Source of the DNA: Utricularia gibba
Lineage: Eukaryota > Plantae > Magnoliophyta
Direction: 5' to 3'
Assembly: GCA_002189035.1 (NCBI GenBank)
Contig: NEEC01000007.1
Location: 3,596,001 to 3,660,000, forward strand
Length of the DNA stretch: 64,000 nucleotides
In this document: positions 39,301 through 52,300 of the stretch, one piece after another
How the letters are laid out: each line of letters opens with the position of its first letter
Numbering within the stretch: position 1 is the first letter of the stretch
Translations under genes and position numbers: made by a program
Notes under the pieces: generated by a model
Databases searched by the model: none
What the model was told of the DNA's origin: nothing
The model's input: only the letters and a program-made list of their open reading frames with translations

Positions 39301-42300
39301 GCCCGGCAAAAAAATTGATGCATTTATTAACGTTGGTTTTAATAGGCTGCCTACATGGTTTCTCAAGGAAAGCTTGTCGTTTCTGGGCGGGTGATGTTTT
39401 GGAACTTCGTTCTGACCATAGGTTCGGTCTGACTCCTTTGCCACATCGGGTCCTACTCGACGAAAATCGTGATGCAGTTATTGAAGTTAGGATTTCATGA
39501 GCACCCAAAATGGTTTTCTCAACCGCATGCTTTATATTTGATAAGGCGCTCTCGTGGGGCAACGGTATCGAGCAGGAGGTCGAGTCGAGCTCGGCCCAGA
39601 GTCATTTGTAGCCCGGCAAAAAAAAAATTGATGCATTTATTAACGTTGGTTTTAATAGGCTGCCTACATGGTTTTCTCAAGGAAAAGCTTGTCGTTTTTG
39701 GGCGGGTGATGTCGTTTGGAACTTCGTTCTGACCCAAGGTTCGGTCTGACTCCTTTGCCACATCGGGTCCTACTCGACGAAAATCGTGATGCAGTTATTG
39801 AAGTTAGGATTCATGAGCACCCAAAATGGTTTTCTCAACCGCATGCTTTTATATTTGAGGAGGCGCTCTCGTGGGGCAACGGTATCGAGCAGGAGGTCGA
39901 GTCGAGCTCGGGCCCATAGTCATTTGTAGCTCGGCAAAAAACTTGATGCATTTATTAACGTTGGTTTTAATAGGCTGCCTACAGGTTTTCTCAAGGAAAA
40001 GCTTGTCGTTTTTGGGCGGGTGATGTCGTTGAACTTCGTTCTGACCCAAGGTTCGGTCTGTCTCCTTTGCCAATCGGGTCCTACTCGACGAAAATCGTGA
40101 TGCAGTTATTGAAGTTAGGATTTCATGAGCACCCAAAATGGTTTTCTCAACCGCATGCTTTATATTTGATAAGGCGCTCTCGTGGGGCAACGGTATCGAG
40201 CAGGAGGTCGAGTCGAGCTCGGGCCCAGAGTCATTTGTAGCCCGGCAAAAAAAATTGATGCATTTATTAACGTTGGTTTAATAGGCTGCCTACATGGTTT
40301 CTCAAGGAAAGCTTGTCGTTTCTGGGCGGGTGATGTCTTTTGGAACTTCGTTCTGACCATAGGTTCGGTCTGACTCCTTTGCCACATCGGGTCCTACTCG
40401 ACGAAAATCGTGATGCAGTTATTGAAGTTAGGATTTCATGAGCACCCAAAATGGTTTTCTCAACCGCATGCTTTATATTTGATAAGGTGCTCTCGTGGGG
40501 CAACGGTATCGAGTAGGAGGTCGAGTCGAGCTCGGGCCATAGTCATTTGTAGCTCGGCAAAAAACTTGATGCATTTATTAACGGTTGGTTTTAATAGGCT
40601 GCCTCAATGGTTTTCTCAAGGAAAAGCTTGTCGTTTTGGGCGGGTGATGTCGTTTGAACTTCGTTCTGACCCAAGGTTCGGTCTGTCTCCTTTGCCAATC
40701 TGGTCCTACTCGACGAAAATCGTGATGCAGTTATTGAAGTTAGGATTTCATGAGCACCCAAAATGCTTTTGTCAATCGCATGCTTTGTAGTTGAGGAGGC
40801 GCTCTAGTGGGGCACGGTATCGGGCAAAAGGTCGAGTCGGGCTCGCTCCCAGAGTCATTTTTAGCCTGTCAAAAAAAGTGATGCATTTATTAACGTTGGT
40901 TTTAATAGGCTGCCTACATGGTTTCTCAAGGAAAGCTTGTCGTTTCTGGGCGGGTGATGTCTTTTGGAACTTCGTTCTGACCATAGTTCGGTCTGACTCC
41001 TTTGCCACATCGGGTCCTACTCGACGAAAATCGTGATGCAGTTATTGAAGTTAGGATTTCATGAGCACCCAAAATGGTTTTCTCAACCGCATGCTTTATA
41101 TTTGATAAGGTGCTCTCGTGGGGCAACGGTATCGAGTAGGAGGTCGAGTCGAGCTCGGGCCCATAGTCATTTGTAGCTCGGCAAAAAACTTGATGCATTT
41201 ATTAACGGTTGGTTTTAATAGGCTGCCTCAATGGTTTTCTCAAGGAAAAGCTTGTCGTTTTTGGGCGGGTGATGTCGTTGTGAACTTCGTTCTGACCCAA
41301 GGTTCGGTCTGTCTCCTTTGCCAAATCTGGTCCTACTCGACGAAAATCGTGATGCAGTTATTGAAGTTAGGATTTCATGAGCACCCAAAATGCTTTTGTC
41401 AATCGCATGCTTTGTAGTTGAGGAGCGCTCTAGTGGGGCACGGTATCGGGCAAAGGTCGAGTCGGGCTCGCTCCCAGAGTCATTTTTAGCCTGTCAAAAA
41501 AAGTGATGCATTTATTAACGTTGGTTTTAATAGGCTGCCTACATGGTTTCTCAAGGAAAAGCTTGTCGTTTCTGGGCGGGTGATGTCTTTTGGAACTTCG
41601 TTCTGACCATAGGTTCGGTCTGACTCCTTTGCCACATCGGGTCCTACTCGACGAAAATCGTGATGCAGTTATTGAAGTTAGGATTCATGAGCACCCAAAA
41701 TGGTTTTCTCAACCGCATGCTTTATATTTGATAAGGCGCTCTCGGGGCAACGGTATCGAGCAGGAGGTCGAGTCGAGCTCGGGCCCAGAGTCATTTGTAG
41801 CCCGGCAAAAAAATTGATGCATTTATTAACGTTGGTTTTAGGCTGCCTACATGTTTCTCAAGGAAAAGCTTGTCGTTTCTGGGCGGGTGATGTCGTTGGA
41901 ACTTCGTTCTGACCAAGGTTCGGTCTGACTCCTTTGCCACATCGGGTCCTACTCGACGAAAATCGTGATGCAGTTATTGAAGTTAGGATTTCATGAGCAC
42001 CCAAAATGGTTTTCTCAACCGCATGCTTTATATTTGATAAGGCACTCTCGTGGGGCAACGGTATCGAGCAGGAGGTCGAGTCGAGCTCGGGCCCAGAGTC
42101 ATTTGTAGCCCGGCAAAAAAAATTGATGCATTTATTAACGTTGGTTTAATAGGCTGCCTACATGGTTTCTCAAGGAAAAGCTTGTCGTTTCTGGCGGGTG
42201 ATGTCGTTGGAACTTCGTTCTGACCAAGGTTCGGTCTGACTCCTTTGCACATCGGGTCCTACTCGACGAAAATCGTGATGCAGTTATTGAAGTTAGGATT

Positions 42301-42860
42301 TCATGAGCACCCAAAATGGTTTTCTCACCGCATGCTTTATATTTGAGGAGGCGCTCTCGTGGGGCAACGGTATCGAGCAGGAGGTCGAGTCGAGCTCGGG
42401 CCCATAGTCATTTGTAGCTCGGCAAAAAACTTGATGCATTTATTAACGTTGGTTTTAATAGGGTTTCTCAAGGAAAAGCTTGTCGTTTTTGGGGGGTGAT
42501 GTCGTTTGAACTTCGTTCTGACCAAGGTTCGGTCTGTCTCCTTTGCCAAATCGGTCCTACTCGACGAAATCGTGATGCAGTTATTGAAGTTAGGATTTCA
42601 TGAGCACCCAAAATGGTTTTCTCAAATGCTTTATTTGATAAGGCGCTCTCGTGGGGCAACGGTATCGAGCAGAGGTCGAGTCGAGCTCGGGCCCAGAGTC
42701 ATTTGTAGCCCGGCAAAAAAAAATTGATGCATTTATTAACGTTGGTTTTAATAGGCTGCCTACATGGTTTCTCAAGGAAAGCTTGTCGTTTCTGGCGGGT
42801 GATGTCTTTTGGAACTTCGTTCTGACCAAGGTTCGGTCTGACTCCTTTGCCACATCGGGT
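36339..42860 (+). repeat. 21-monomer HOR unit 1: BACDC-BABACCDC-BABACCDC (6522 bp)
   Basis: Monomer-by-monomer typing; sub-blocks start at 36339, 37884, 40393. Confidence 0.8.
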
Positions 42861-45800
42861 CCTACTCGACGAAAATCGTGATGCAGTTATTGAAGTTAGG
42901 ATTTCATGAGCACCCAAAATGGTTTTCTCAACCGCATGCTTTATATTTGATAAGGTGCTCTCGTGGGGCAACGGTATCGAGTAGGAGGTCGAGTCGAGCT
43001 CGGGCCCATAGTCATTTGTAGCGGCAAAAAACTTGATGCATTTATTAACGGTTTTAATAGGCTGCCTCAATGGTTTTCTCAAGGAAAAGCTTGTCGTTTT
43101 TGGGCGGTGATGTCGTTGTGAACTTCGTTCTGACCAAGGTTCGGTCTGTCTCCTTTGCCAATCTGGTCCTACTCGACGAAAATCGTGATGCAGTTATTGA
43201 AGTTAGGATTTCATGAGCACCCAAAATGCTTTTGTCAATCGCATGCTTTGTAGTTGAGGAGGCGCTCTAGTGGGGCACGGTATCGGCAAAAGGTCGAGTC
43301 GGGCTCGCCCAGAGTCATTTTAGCCTGTCAAAAAAAGTGATGCATTTATTAACGTTGGGTTTTAATAGGCTGCCTACATGGTTTCTCAAGGAAAAGCTTG
43401 TCGTTTCTGGGGGTGATGTCTTTTGGAACTTCGTTCTGACCATAGGTTCGGTCTGACTCCTTTGCCACATCGGGTCCTACTCGACGAAAATCGTGATGCA
43501 GTTATTGAAGTTAGGATTTCATGAGCACCCAAAATGGTTTTCTCAACCGCATGCTTTATATTTGATAAGGCACTCTCGTGGGGCAACGGTATCGAGCAGG
43601 AGGTCGAGTCGAGCTCGGGCCCAGAGTCATTTGTAGCCCGGCAAAAAAAATTGATGCATTTATTAACGTTGGTTTTAATAGGCTGCCTATGGTTTTCTCA
43701 AGGAAAAGCTTGTCGTTTTTGGGCGGGTGATGTCTTTTGAACTTCGTTCTGACCAAGGTTCGGTCTGACTCCTTTGCCACATCGGGTCCTACTCGACGAA
43801 AATCGTGATGCAGTTATTGAAGTTAGGATTCATGAGCACCCAAAATGGTTTTCTCAACCGCATGCTTTATATTTGATAAGGCGCTCTCGTGGGCAACGGT
43901 ATCGAGCAGGAGGTCGAGTCGAGCTCGGGCCCATAGTCATTTGTAGCTCGGCAAAAAAACTTGATGCATTTATTAACGTTGGTTTTAATAGGCTGCCTAC
44001 ATGGTTTTCTCAAGGAAAAGCTTGTCGTTTTTTGGGCGGGTGATGTCGTTGGAACTTCGTTCTGACCCAAGGTTCGGTCTGACTCCTTTGCCAAATCGGG
44101 TCCTACTCGACGAAAATCGTGATGCAGTTATTGAAGTTAGGATTTCATGAGCACCCAAAATGGTTTTCAACCGCATGCTTTATATTTGATAAGGCGCTCT
44201 CGTGGGGCAACGGTATCGAGCAGGAGGTCGAGTCGAGCTCGGGCCCAGTCATTTGTAGCCCGGCAAAAAAAATTGATGCATTTATTAACGTTGGTTTTAT
44301 AGGCTGCCTACATGGTTTCTCAAGGAAAAGCTTCGTTTCTGGGCGGGTGATGTCTTTTGAACTTCGTTCTGACCATAGGTTCGGTCTGACTCCTTTGCCA
44401 CATCGGGTCCTACTCGACGAAAATCGTGATGCAGTTATTGAAGTTAGGATTTCATGAGCACCCAAAATGGTTTTCTCAACCGCATGCTTTATATTTGATA
44501 AGGTGCTCTCGTGGGGCAACGGTATCGAGTAGGAGGTCGAGTCGAGCTCGGGCCCATAGTCATTTGTAGCTCGGCAAAAAACTTGATGCATTTATTAACG
44601 GTTGGTTTTAATAGGCTGCCTCAATGGTTTTCTCAAGGAAAAGCTTGTCGTTTTTGGGCGGGTGATGTCGTTGTGAACTTCGTTCTGACCCAAGGTTCGG
44701 TCTGTCTCCTTTGCCAAATCTGGTCCTACTCGACGAAAATCGTGATGCAGTTATTGAAGTTAGGATTTCATGAGCACCCAAAATGCTTTTTCAATCGCAT
44801 GCTTTGTAGTTGAGGAGGCGCTCTAGTGGGGCACGGTATCGGGCAAAAGGTCGAGTCGGGCTCGCTCCCAGAGTCATTTTTAGCCTGTCAAAAAAAGTGA
44901 TGCATTTATTAACGTTGGGTTTTAATAGGCTGCCTACATGGTTTCTCAAGGAAAAGCTTGTCGTTTCTGGGCGGGTGATGTCTTTTGGAACTTCGTTCTG
45001 ACCATAGGTTCGGTCTGACTCCTTTGCCACATCGGGTCCTACTCGACGAAAATCGTGATGCAGTTATTGAAGTTAGGATTTCATGAGCACCCAAAATGGT
45101 TTTCTCAACCGCATGCTTTATATTTGATAAGGTGCTCTCGTGGGGCAACGGTATCGAGTAGGAGGTCGAGTCGAGCTCGGGCCCATAGTCATTTGTAGCT
45201 CGGCAAAAAACTTGATGCATTTATTAACGGTTGGTTTTAATAGGCTGCCTCAATGGTTTTCTCAAGGAAAAGCTTGTCGTTTTTGGGCGGGTGATGTCGT
45301 TGTGAACTTCGTTCTGACCAAGGTTCGGTCTGTCTCCTTTGCCAATCTGGTCCTACTCGACGAAAATCGTGATGCAGTTATTGAAGTTAGGATTTCATGA
45401 GCACCCAAAATGCTTTTGTCAATCGCATGCTTTGTAGTTGAGGAGCGCTCTAGTGGGGCACGGTATCGGGCAAAAGGTCGAGTCGGGCTCGCTCCCAGAG
45501 TCATTTTTAGCCTCAAAAAAAGTGATGCATTTATTAACGTTGGTTTTAATAGGCTGCCTACATGGTTTCTCAAGGAAAAGCTTGTCGTTTCTGGGCGGGT
45601 GATGTCTTTTGGAACTTCGTTCTGACCATAGGTTCGGTCTGACTCCTTTGCCACATCGGGTCCTACTCGACGAAAATCGTGATGCAGTTATTGAAGTTAG
45701 GATTCATGAGCACCCAAAATGGTTTTCTCAACCGCATGCTTTATATTTGATAAGGTCTCGTGGGGCAACGGTATCGAGCAGGAGGTCGAGTCGAGCTCGG

Positions 45801-48139
45801 GCCCAGAGTCATTTGTAGCCCGGCAAAAAAAATTGATGCATTTATTAACGTTGGTTTTTAGGCTGCCTACATGTTTCTCAAGGAAAAGCTTGTCGTTTCT
45901 GGGCGGGTGATGTCTTTTGGAACTTCGTTCTGACCAAGGTTCGGTCTGACTCCTTTGCCACATCGGGTCCTACTCGACGAAAATCGTGATGCAGTTATTG
46001 AAGTTAGGATTTCATGAGCACCCAAAATGGTTTTCTCAACCGCATGCTTTATATTTGATAAGGCCTCTCGTGGGGCAACGGTATCGAGCAGGAGGTCGAG
46101 TCGAGCTCGGCCCAGAGTCATTTGTAGCCCGGCAAAAAAAATTGATGCATTTATTAACGTTGGTTTTAGGCTGCCTACATGGTTTCTCAAGGAAAAGCTT
46201 GTCGTTTTTGGCGGGTGATGTCGTTGGAACTTCGTTCTGACCCAAGGTTCGGTCTGACTCCTTTGCCACATCGGGTCCTACTCGACGAAAATCGTGATGC
46301 AGTTATTGAAGTTAGGATTTCATGAGCACCCAAAATGGTTTTCTCAACCGCATGCTTTATATTTGATAAGGCGCTCTCGTGGGGCAACGGTATCGAGCAG
46401 GAGGTCGAGTCGAGCTCGGGCCCATAGTCATTTGTAGCTCGGCAAAAAACTTGATGCATTATTAACGTTGGTTTTAATAGACATGGTTTTCTCAAGGAAA
46501 AGCTTGTCGTTTTTGGCGGGTGATGTCGTTGGAACTTCGTTCTGACCCAAGGTTCGGTCTGACTCCTTTGCCACATCGGTCCTACTCGACGAAAATCGTG
46601 ATGCAGTTATTGAAGTTAGGATTCATGAGCACCCAAAATGGTTTTCTCAACCGCATGCTTTATATTTGATAAGGCACTCTCGTGGGGCAACGGTATCGAG
46701 CAGGAGGTCGAGTCGAGCTCGGCCAGAGTCATTTGTAGCCCGGCAAAAAAATTGATGCATTTATTAACGTTCGGCTTTATTAGGCTGCCTACATGTTTCT
46801 CAAGGAAAAGCTTGTCGTTTCTGGCGGGTGATGTCTTTTGGAACTTCGTTCTGACCAGGTTCGGTCTGACTCCTTTGCCACATCGGGTCCTACTCGACGA
46901 AAATCGTGATGCAGTTATTGAAGTTAGGATTTCATGAGCACCCAAAATGGTTTTCTCAACCGCATGCTTTATATTTGATAAGGTGCTCTCGTGGGGCAAC
47001 GGTATCGAGTAGGAGGTCGAGTCGAGCTCGGGCCCATAGTCATTTGTAGCTCGGCAAAAAACTTGATGCATTTATTAACGGTTGGTTTTAATAGGCTGCC
47101 TCAATGGTTTTCTCAAGGAAAAGCTTGTCGTTTTGGGCGGGTGATGTCGTTGTGAACTTCGTTCTGACCCAAGGTTCGGTCTGTCTCCTTTGCCAATCTG
47201 GTCCTACTCGACGAAAATCGTGATGCAGTTATTGAAGTTAGGATTTCATGAGCACCCAAAATGCTTTTGTCAATCGCATGCTTTGTAGTTGAGGAGGCGC
47301 TCTAGTGGGGCACGGTATCGGGCAAAAGGTCGAGTCGGGCTCGCCCAGAGTCATTTTGCCTGTCAAAAAAAGTGATGCATTTATTAACGTTGGGTTTTAA
47401 TAGGCTGCCTACATGGTTTCTCAAGGAAAAGCTTGTCGTTTCTGGGCGGTGATGTCTTTTGGAACTTCGTTCTGACCATAGGTTCGGTCTGACTCCTTTG
47501 CCACATCGGGTCCTACTCGACGAAAATCGTGATGCAGTTATTGAAGTTAGGATTTCATGAGCACCCAAAATGGTTTTCTCAACCGCATGCTTTATATTTG
47601 ATAAGGTGCTCTCGTGGGGCAACGGTATCGAGTAGGAGGTCGAGTCGAGCTCGGGCCCATAGTCATTTGTAGCTCGGCAAAAAACTTGATGCATTTATTA
47701 ACGGTTGGTTTTAATAGGCTGCCTCAATGGTTTTCTCAAGGAAAAGCTTGTCGTTTTTGGGCGGGTGATGTCGTTGTGAACTTCGTTCTGACCCAAGGTT
47801 CGGTCTGTCTCCTTTGCCAATCTGGTCCTACTCGACGAAAATCGTGATGCAGTTATTGAAGTTAGGATTTCATGAGCACCCAAAATGCTTTTGTCAATCG
47901 CATGCTTTGTAGTTGAGGAGGCGCTCTAGTGGGGCACGGTATCGGGCAAAGGTCGAGTCGGGCTCGCTCCCAGAGTCATTTTTAGCCTGTCAAAAAAAGT
48001 GATGCATTTATTAACGTTGGGTTTTAATAGGCTGCCTACATGGTTTCTCAAGGAAAAGCTTGTCGTTTCTGGGCGGGTGATGTCTTTTGGAACTTCGTTC
48101 TGACCATAGGTTCGGTCTGACTCCTTTGCCACATCGGGT

Positions 48140-48449
48140 CCTACTCGACGAAAATCGTGATGCAGTTATTGAAGTTAGGATTCATGAGCACCCAAAATGG
48201 TTTTCTCAACCGCATGCTTTATATTTGATAAGGCACTCTCGTGGGGCAACGGTATCGAGCAGGAGGTCGAGTCGAGCTCGGGCCCAGAGTCATTTGTAGC
48301 CCGGCAAAAAAATTGATGCATTTATTAACGTTGGTTTATTAGGCTGCCTACATGTTTCTCAAGGAAAAGCTTGTCGTTTCTGGGCGGGTGATGTCTTTTG
48401 GAACTTCGTTCTGACCAAGGTTCGGTCTGACTCCTTTGCCACATCGGGT
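48140..48449 (+). repeat. Representative type-C monomer
   Basis: Diagnostic strings: GGATTCATG (one T fewer), AAGGCACTCTCG, TCGAGCAGG, CCCAGAG, AGCCCGGC, AAATTG, TTATTAGG; A-like tail. Confidence 0.85.
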
Positions 48450-48760
48450 CCTACTCGACGAAAATCGTGATGCAGTTATTGAAGTTAGGATTTCATGAGC
48501 ACCCAAAATGGTTTTCTCAACCGCATGCTTTATATTTGATAAGGCGCTCTCGTGGGGCAACGGTATCGAGCAGGAGGTCGAGTCGAGCTCGGGCCCAGAG
48601 TCATTTGTAGCCCGGCAAAAAAATTGATGCATTTATTAACGTTGGTTTTAATAGGCTGCCTACATGGTTTCTCAAGGAAAAGCTTGTCGTTTCTGGCGGG
48701 TGATGTCGTTGGGAACTTCGTTCTGACCAAGGTTCGGTCTGACTCCTTTGCCACATCGGT

Positions 48761-49073
48761 CCTACTCGACGAAAATCGTGATGCAGTTATTGAAGTTAGG
48801 ATTCATGAGCACCCAAAATGGTTTTCTCAACCGCATGCTTTATATTTGATAAGGCGCTCTCGTGGGGCAACGGTATCGAGCAGGAGGTCGAGTCGAGCTC
48901 GGGCCCATAGTCATTTGTAGCTCGGCAAAAAACTTGATGCATTTATTAACGTTGGTTTTAATAGCTGCCTACATGGTTTTCTCAAGGAAAAGCTTGTCGT
49001 TTTTGGGCGGGTGATGTCGTTGTGAACTTCGTTCTGACCCAAGGTTCGGTCTGTCTCCTTTGCCAAATCTGGT
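48761..49073 (+). repeat. Representative type-D monomer
   Basis: GCGCTCTCG (often GAGGAGGCGCTCTCG in other D copies), TCGAGCAGG, CCCATAG, AAACTTG, altered TAATAG...CAT site; B-like tail GTCGTTGTG / CCCAAGG / TGTCTCC. Confidence 0.75.
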
Positions 49074-49385
49074 CCTACTCGACGAAAATCGTGATGCAGT
49101 TATTGAAGTTAGGATTTCATGAGCACCCAAAATGGTTTTCTCAACCGCATGCTTTATATTTGATAAGGCACTCTCGTGGGGCAACGGTATCGAGCAGGAG
49201 GTCGAGTCGAGCTCGGCCCAGAGTCATTTGTAGCCCGGCAAAAAAAATTGATGCATTTATTAACGTTGGTTTATTAGGCTGCCTACATGGTTTCTCAAGG
49301 AAAGCTTGTCGTTTCTGGGCGGGTGATGTCTTTTGGAACTTCGTTCTGACCATAGGTTCGGTCTGACTCCTTTGCCACATCGGGT

Positions 49386-52300
49386 CCTACTCGACGAAAA
49401 TCGTGATGCAGTTATTGAAGTTAGGATTTCATGAGCACCCAAAATGGTTTTCTCAACCGCATGCTTTATATTTGATAAGGTGCTCTCGTGGGGCAACGGT
49501 ATCGAGTAGGAGGTCGAGTCGAGCTCGGGCCCATAGTCATTTGTAGCTCGGCAAAAAACTTGATGCATTTATTAACGTTGGTTTTAATAGGCTGCCTCAA
49601 TGGTTTTCTCAAGGAAAAGCTTGTCGTTTTTGGGCGGGTGATGTCGTTGTGAACTTCGTTCTGACCCAAGGTTCGGTCTGTCTCCTTTGCCAATCTGGTC
49701 CTACTCGACGAAAATCGTGATGCAGTTATTGAAGTTAGGATTTCATGAGCACCCAAAATGCTTTTGTCAATCGCATGCTTTGTATTGAGGAGGCGCTCTA
49801 GTGGGGCACGGTATCGGGCAAAAGGTCGAGTCGGGCTCGCTCCCAGAGTCATTTTTAGCCTGCAAAAAAAGTGATGCATTTATTAACGTTGGGTTTTAAT
49901 AGGCTGCCTACATGGTTTCTCAAGGAAAAGCTTGTCGTTTCTGGGCGGGTGATGTCTTTTGGAACTTCGTTCTGACCATAGGTTCGGTCTGACTCCTTTG
50001 CCACATCGGGTCCTACTCGACGAAAATCGTGATGCAGTTATTGAAGTTAGGATTCATGAGCACCCAAAATGGTTTTCTCAACCGCATGCTTTATATTTGA
50101 TAAGGCACTCTCGTGGGGCAACGGTATCGAGCAGGAGGTCGAGTCGAGCTCGGCCCAGAGTCATTTGTAGCCCGGCAAAAAAAATTGATGCATTTATTAA
50201 CGTTCGGCTTTATTAGGCTGCCTACATAGTTTCTCAAGGAAAAGCTTGTCGTTTCTGGGCGGGTGATGTCTTTTGGAACTTCGTTCTGACCAAGGTTCGG
50301 TCTGACTCCTTTGCCACATCGGGTCCTACTCGACGAAAATCGTGATGCAGTTATTGAAGTTAGGATTCATGAGCACCCAAAATGGTTTTCTCAACCGCAT
50401 GCTTTATATTTGATAGGAGGCGCTCTCGTGGGGCAACGGTATCGAGCAGGAGGTCGAGTCGAGCTCGGGCCCATAGTCATTTGTAGCTCGGCAAAAAACT
50501 TGATGCATTTATTAACGTTGGGTTTTAATAGCTGCCTACATTGTTTTCTCAAGGAAAAGCTTGTCGTTTTTGGGCGGGTGATTTCGTTGTGAACTTCGTT
50601 CTGACCCAAGGTTCGGTCTGTCTCCTTTGCCAAATCGGGTCCTACTCGACGAAAATCGTGATGCAGTTATTGAAGTTAGGATTTCATGAGCACCCAAAAT
50701 GGTTTTCTCAACCGCATGCTTTATATTTGATAAGGCACTCTCGTGGGGCAACGGTATCGAGCAGGAGGTCGAGTCGAGCTCGGCCCAGAGTCATTTGTAG
50801 CCCGGCAAAAAAATTGATGCATTTATTAACGTTCGGCTTTATTAGGCTGCCTACATGTTTCTCAAGGAAAAGCTTGTCGTTTCTGGGCGGGTGATGTCTT
50901 TTGGAACTTCGTTCTGACCATAGGTTCGGTCTGACTCCTTTGCCACATCGGGTCCTACTCGACGAAAATCGTGATGCAGTTATTGAAGTTAGGATTTCAT
51001 GAGCACCCAAAATGGTTTTTCAACCGCATGCTTTATATTTGATAAGGTGCTCTCGTGGGGCAACGGTATCGAGTAGGAGGTCGAGTCGAGCTCGGGCCCA
51101 TAGTCATTTGTAGCTCGGCAAAAAATTGATGCATTTATTAACGGTTGGTTTTAATAGGCTGCCTATGGTTTTCTCAAGGAAAAGCTTGTCGTTTTGGCGG
51201 GTGATGTCGTTGTGAACTTCGTTCTGACCCAAGGTTCGGTCTGTCTCCTTTGCCAATCGGTCCTACTCGACGAAATCGTGATGCAGTTATTGAAGTTAGG
51301 ATTTCATGAGCACCCAAAATGTTTTCTCAATCGCATGCTTTGTATTTGAGGAGGCGCTCGTGGGCACGGTATCGGGCGAGGTCGAGTCGGCTCGCCCAGA
51401 GTCATTTTTAGCCTGCAAAAAAATGATGCATTTATTAACGTTGGGTTTTAATAGGCTGCCTACATGGTTTCTCAAGGAAAAGCTTGTCGTTTCTGGCGGG
51501 TGATGTCTTTTGGAACTTCGTTCTGACCAAGGTTCGGTCTGACTCCTTTGCCACATCGGGTCCTACTCGACGAAAATCGTGATGCAGTTATTGAAGTTAG
51601 GATTTCATGAGCACCCAAAATGGTTTTCTCAACCGCATGCTTTATATTTGATAAGGTGCTCTCGTGGGGCAACGGTATCGAGTAGGAGGTCGAGTCGAGC
51701 TCGGGCCCATAGTCATTTGTAGCTCGGCAAAAAAACTTGATGCATTTATTAACGGTTGGTTTTAATAGGCTGCCTCAATGGTTTTCTCAAGGAAAAGCTT
51801 GTCGTTTTTGGGCGGGTGATGTCGTTGTGAACTTCGTTCTGACCCAAGGTTCGGTCTGTCTCCTTTGCCAATCTGGTCCTACTCGACGAAAATCGTGATG
51901 CAGTTATTGAAGTTAGGATTTCATGAGCACCCAAAATGTTTTGTCAATCGCATGCTTTGTAGTTGAGGAGGCGCTCTAGTGGGGCACGGTATCGGGCAAA
52001 AGGTCGAGTCGGCTCGCTCCCAGAGTCATTTTTAGCCTGTCAAAAAAAGTGATGCATTTATTAACGTTGGGTTTTAATAGGCTGCCTACATGGTTTCTCA
52101 AGGAAAAGCTTGTCGTTTCTGGGCGGGTGATGTCTTTTGGAACTTCGTTCTGACCATAGGTTCGTCTGACTCCTTTGCCACATCGGGTCCTACTCGACGA
52201 AAATCGTGATGCAGTTATTGAAGTTAGGATTCATGAGCACCCAAAATGGTTTTCTCAACCGCATGCTTTATATTTGATAAGGCACTCTCGTGGGGCAACG

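Larger units (their letters stand above)
42861..49385 (+). repeat. 21-monomer HOR unit 2: BACDC-BABACCDC-BABACCDC (6525 bp)
   Basis: Sub-blocks start at 42861, 44409, 46889. Confidence 0.82.
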
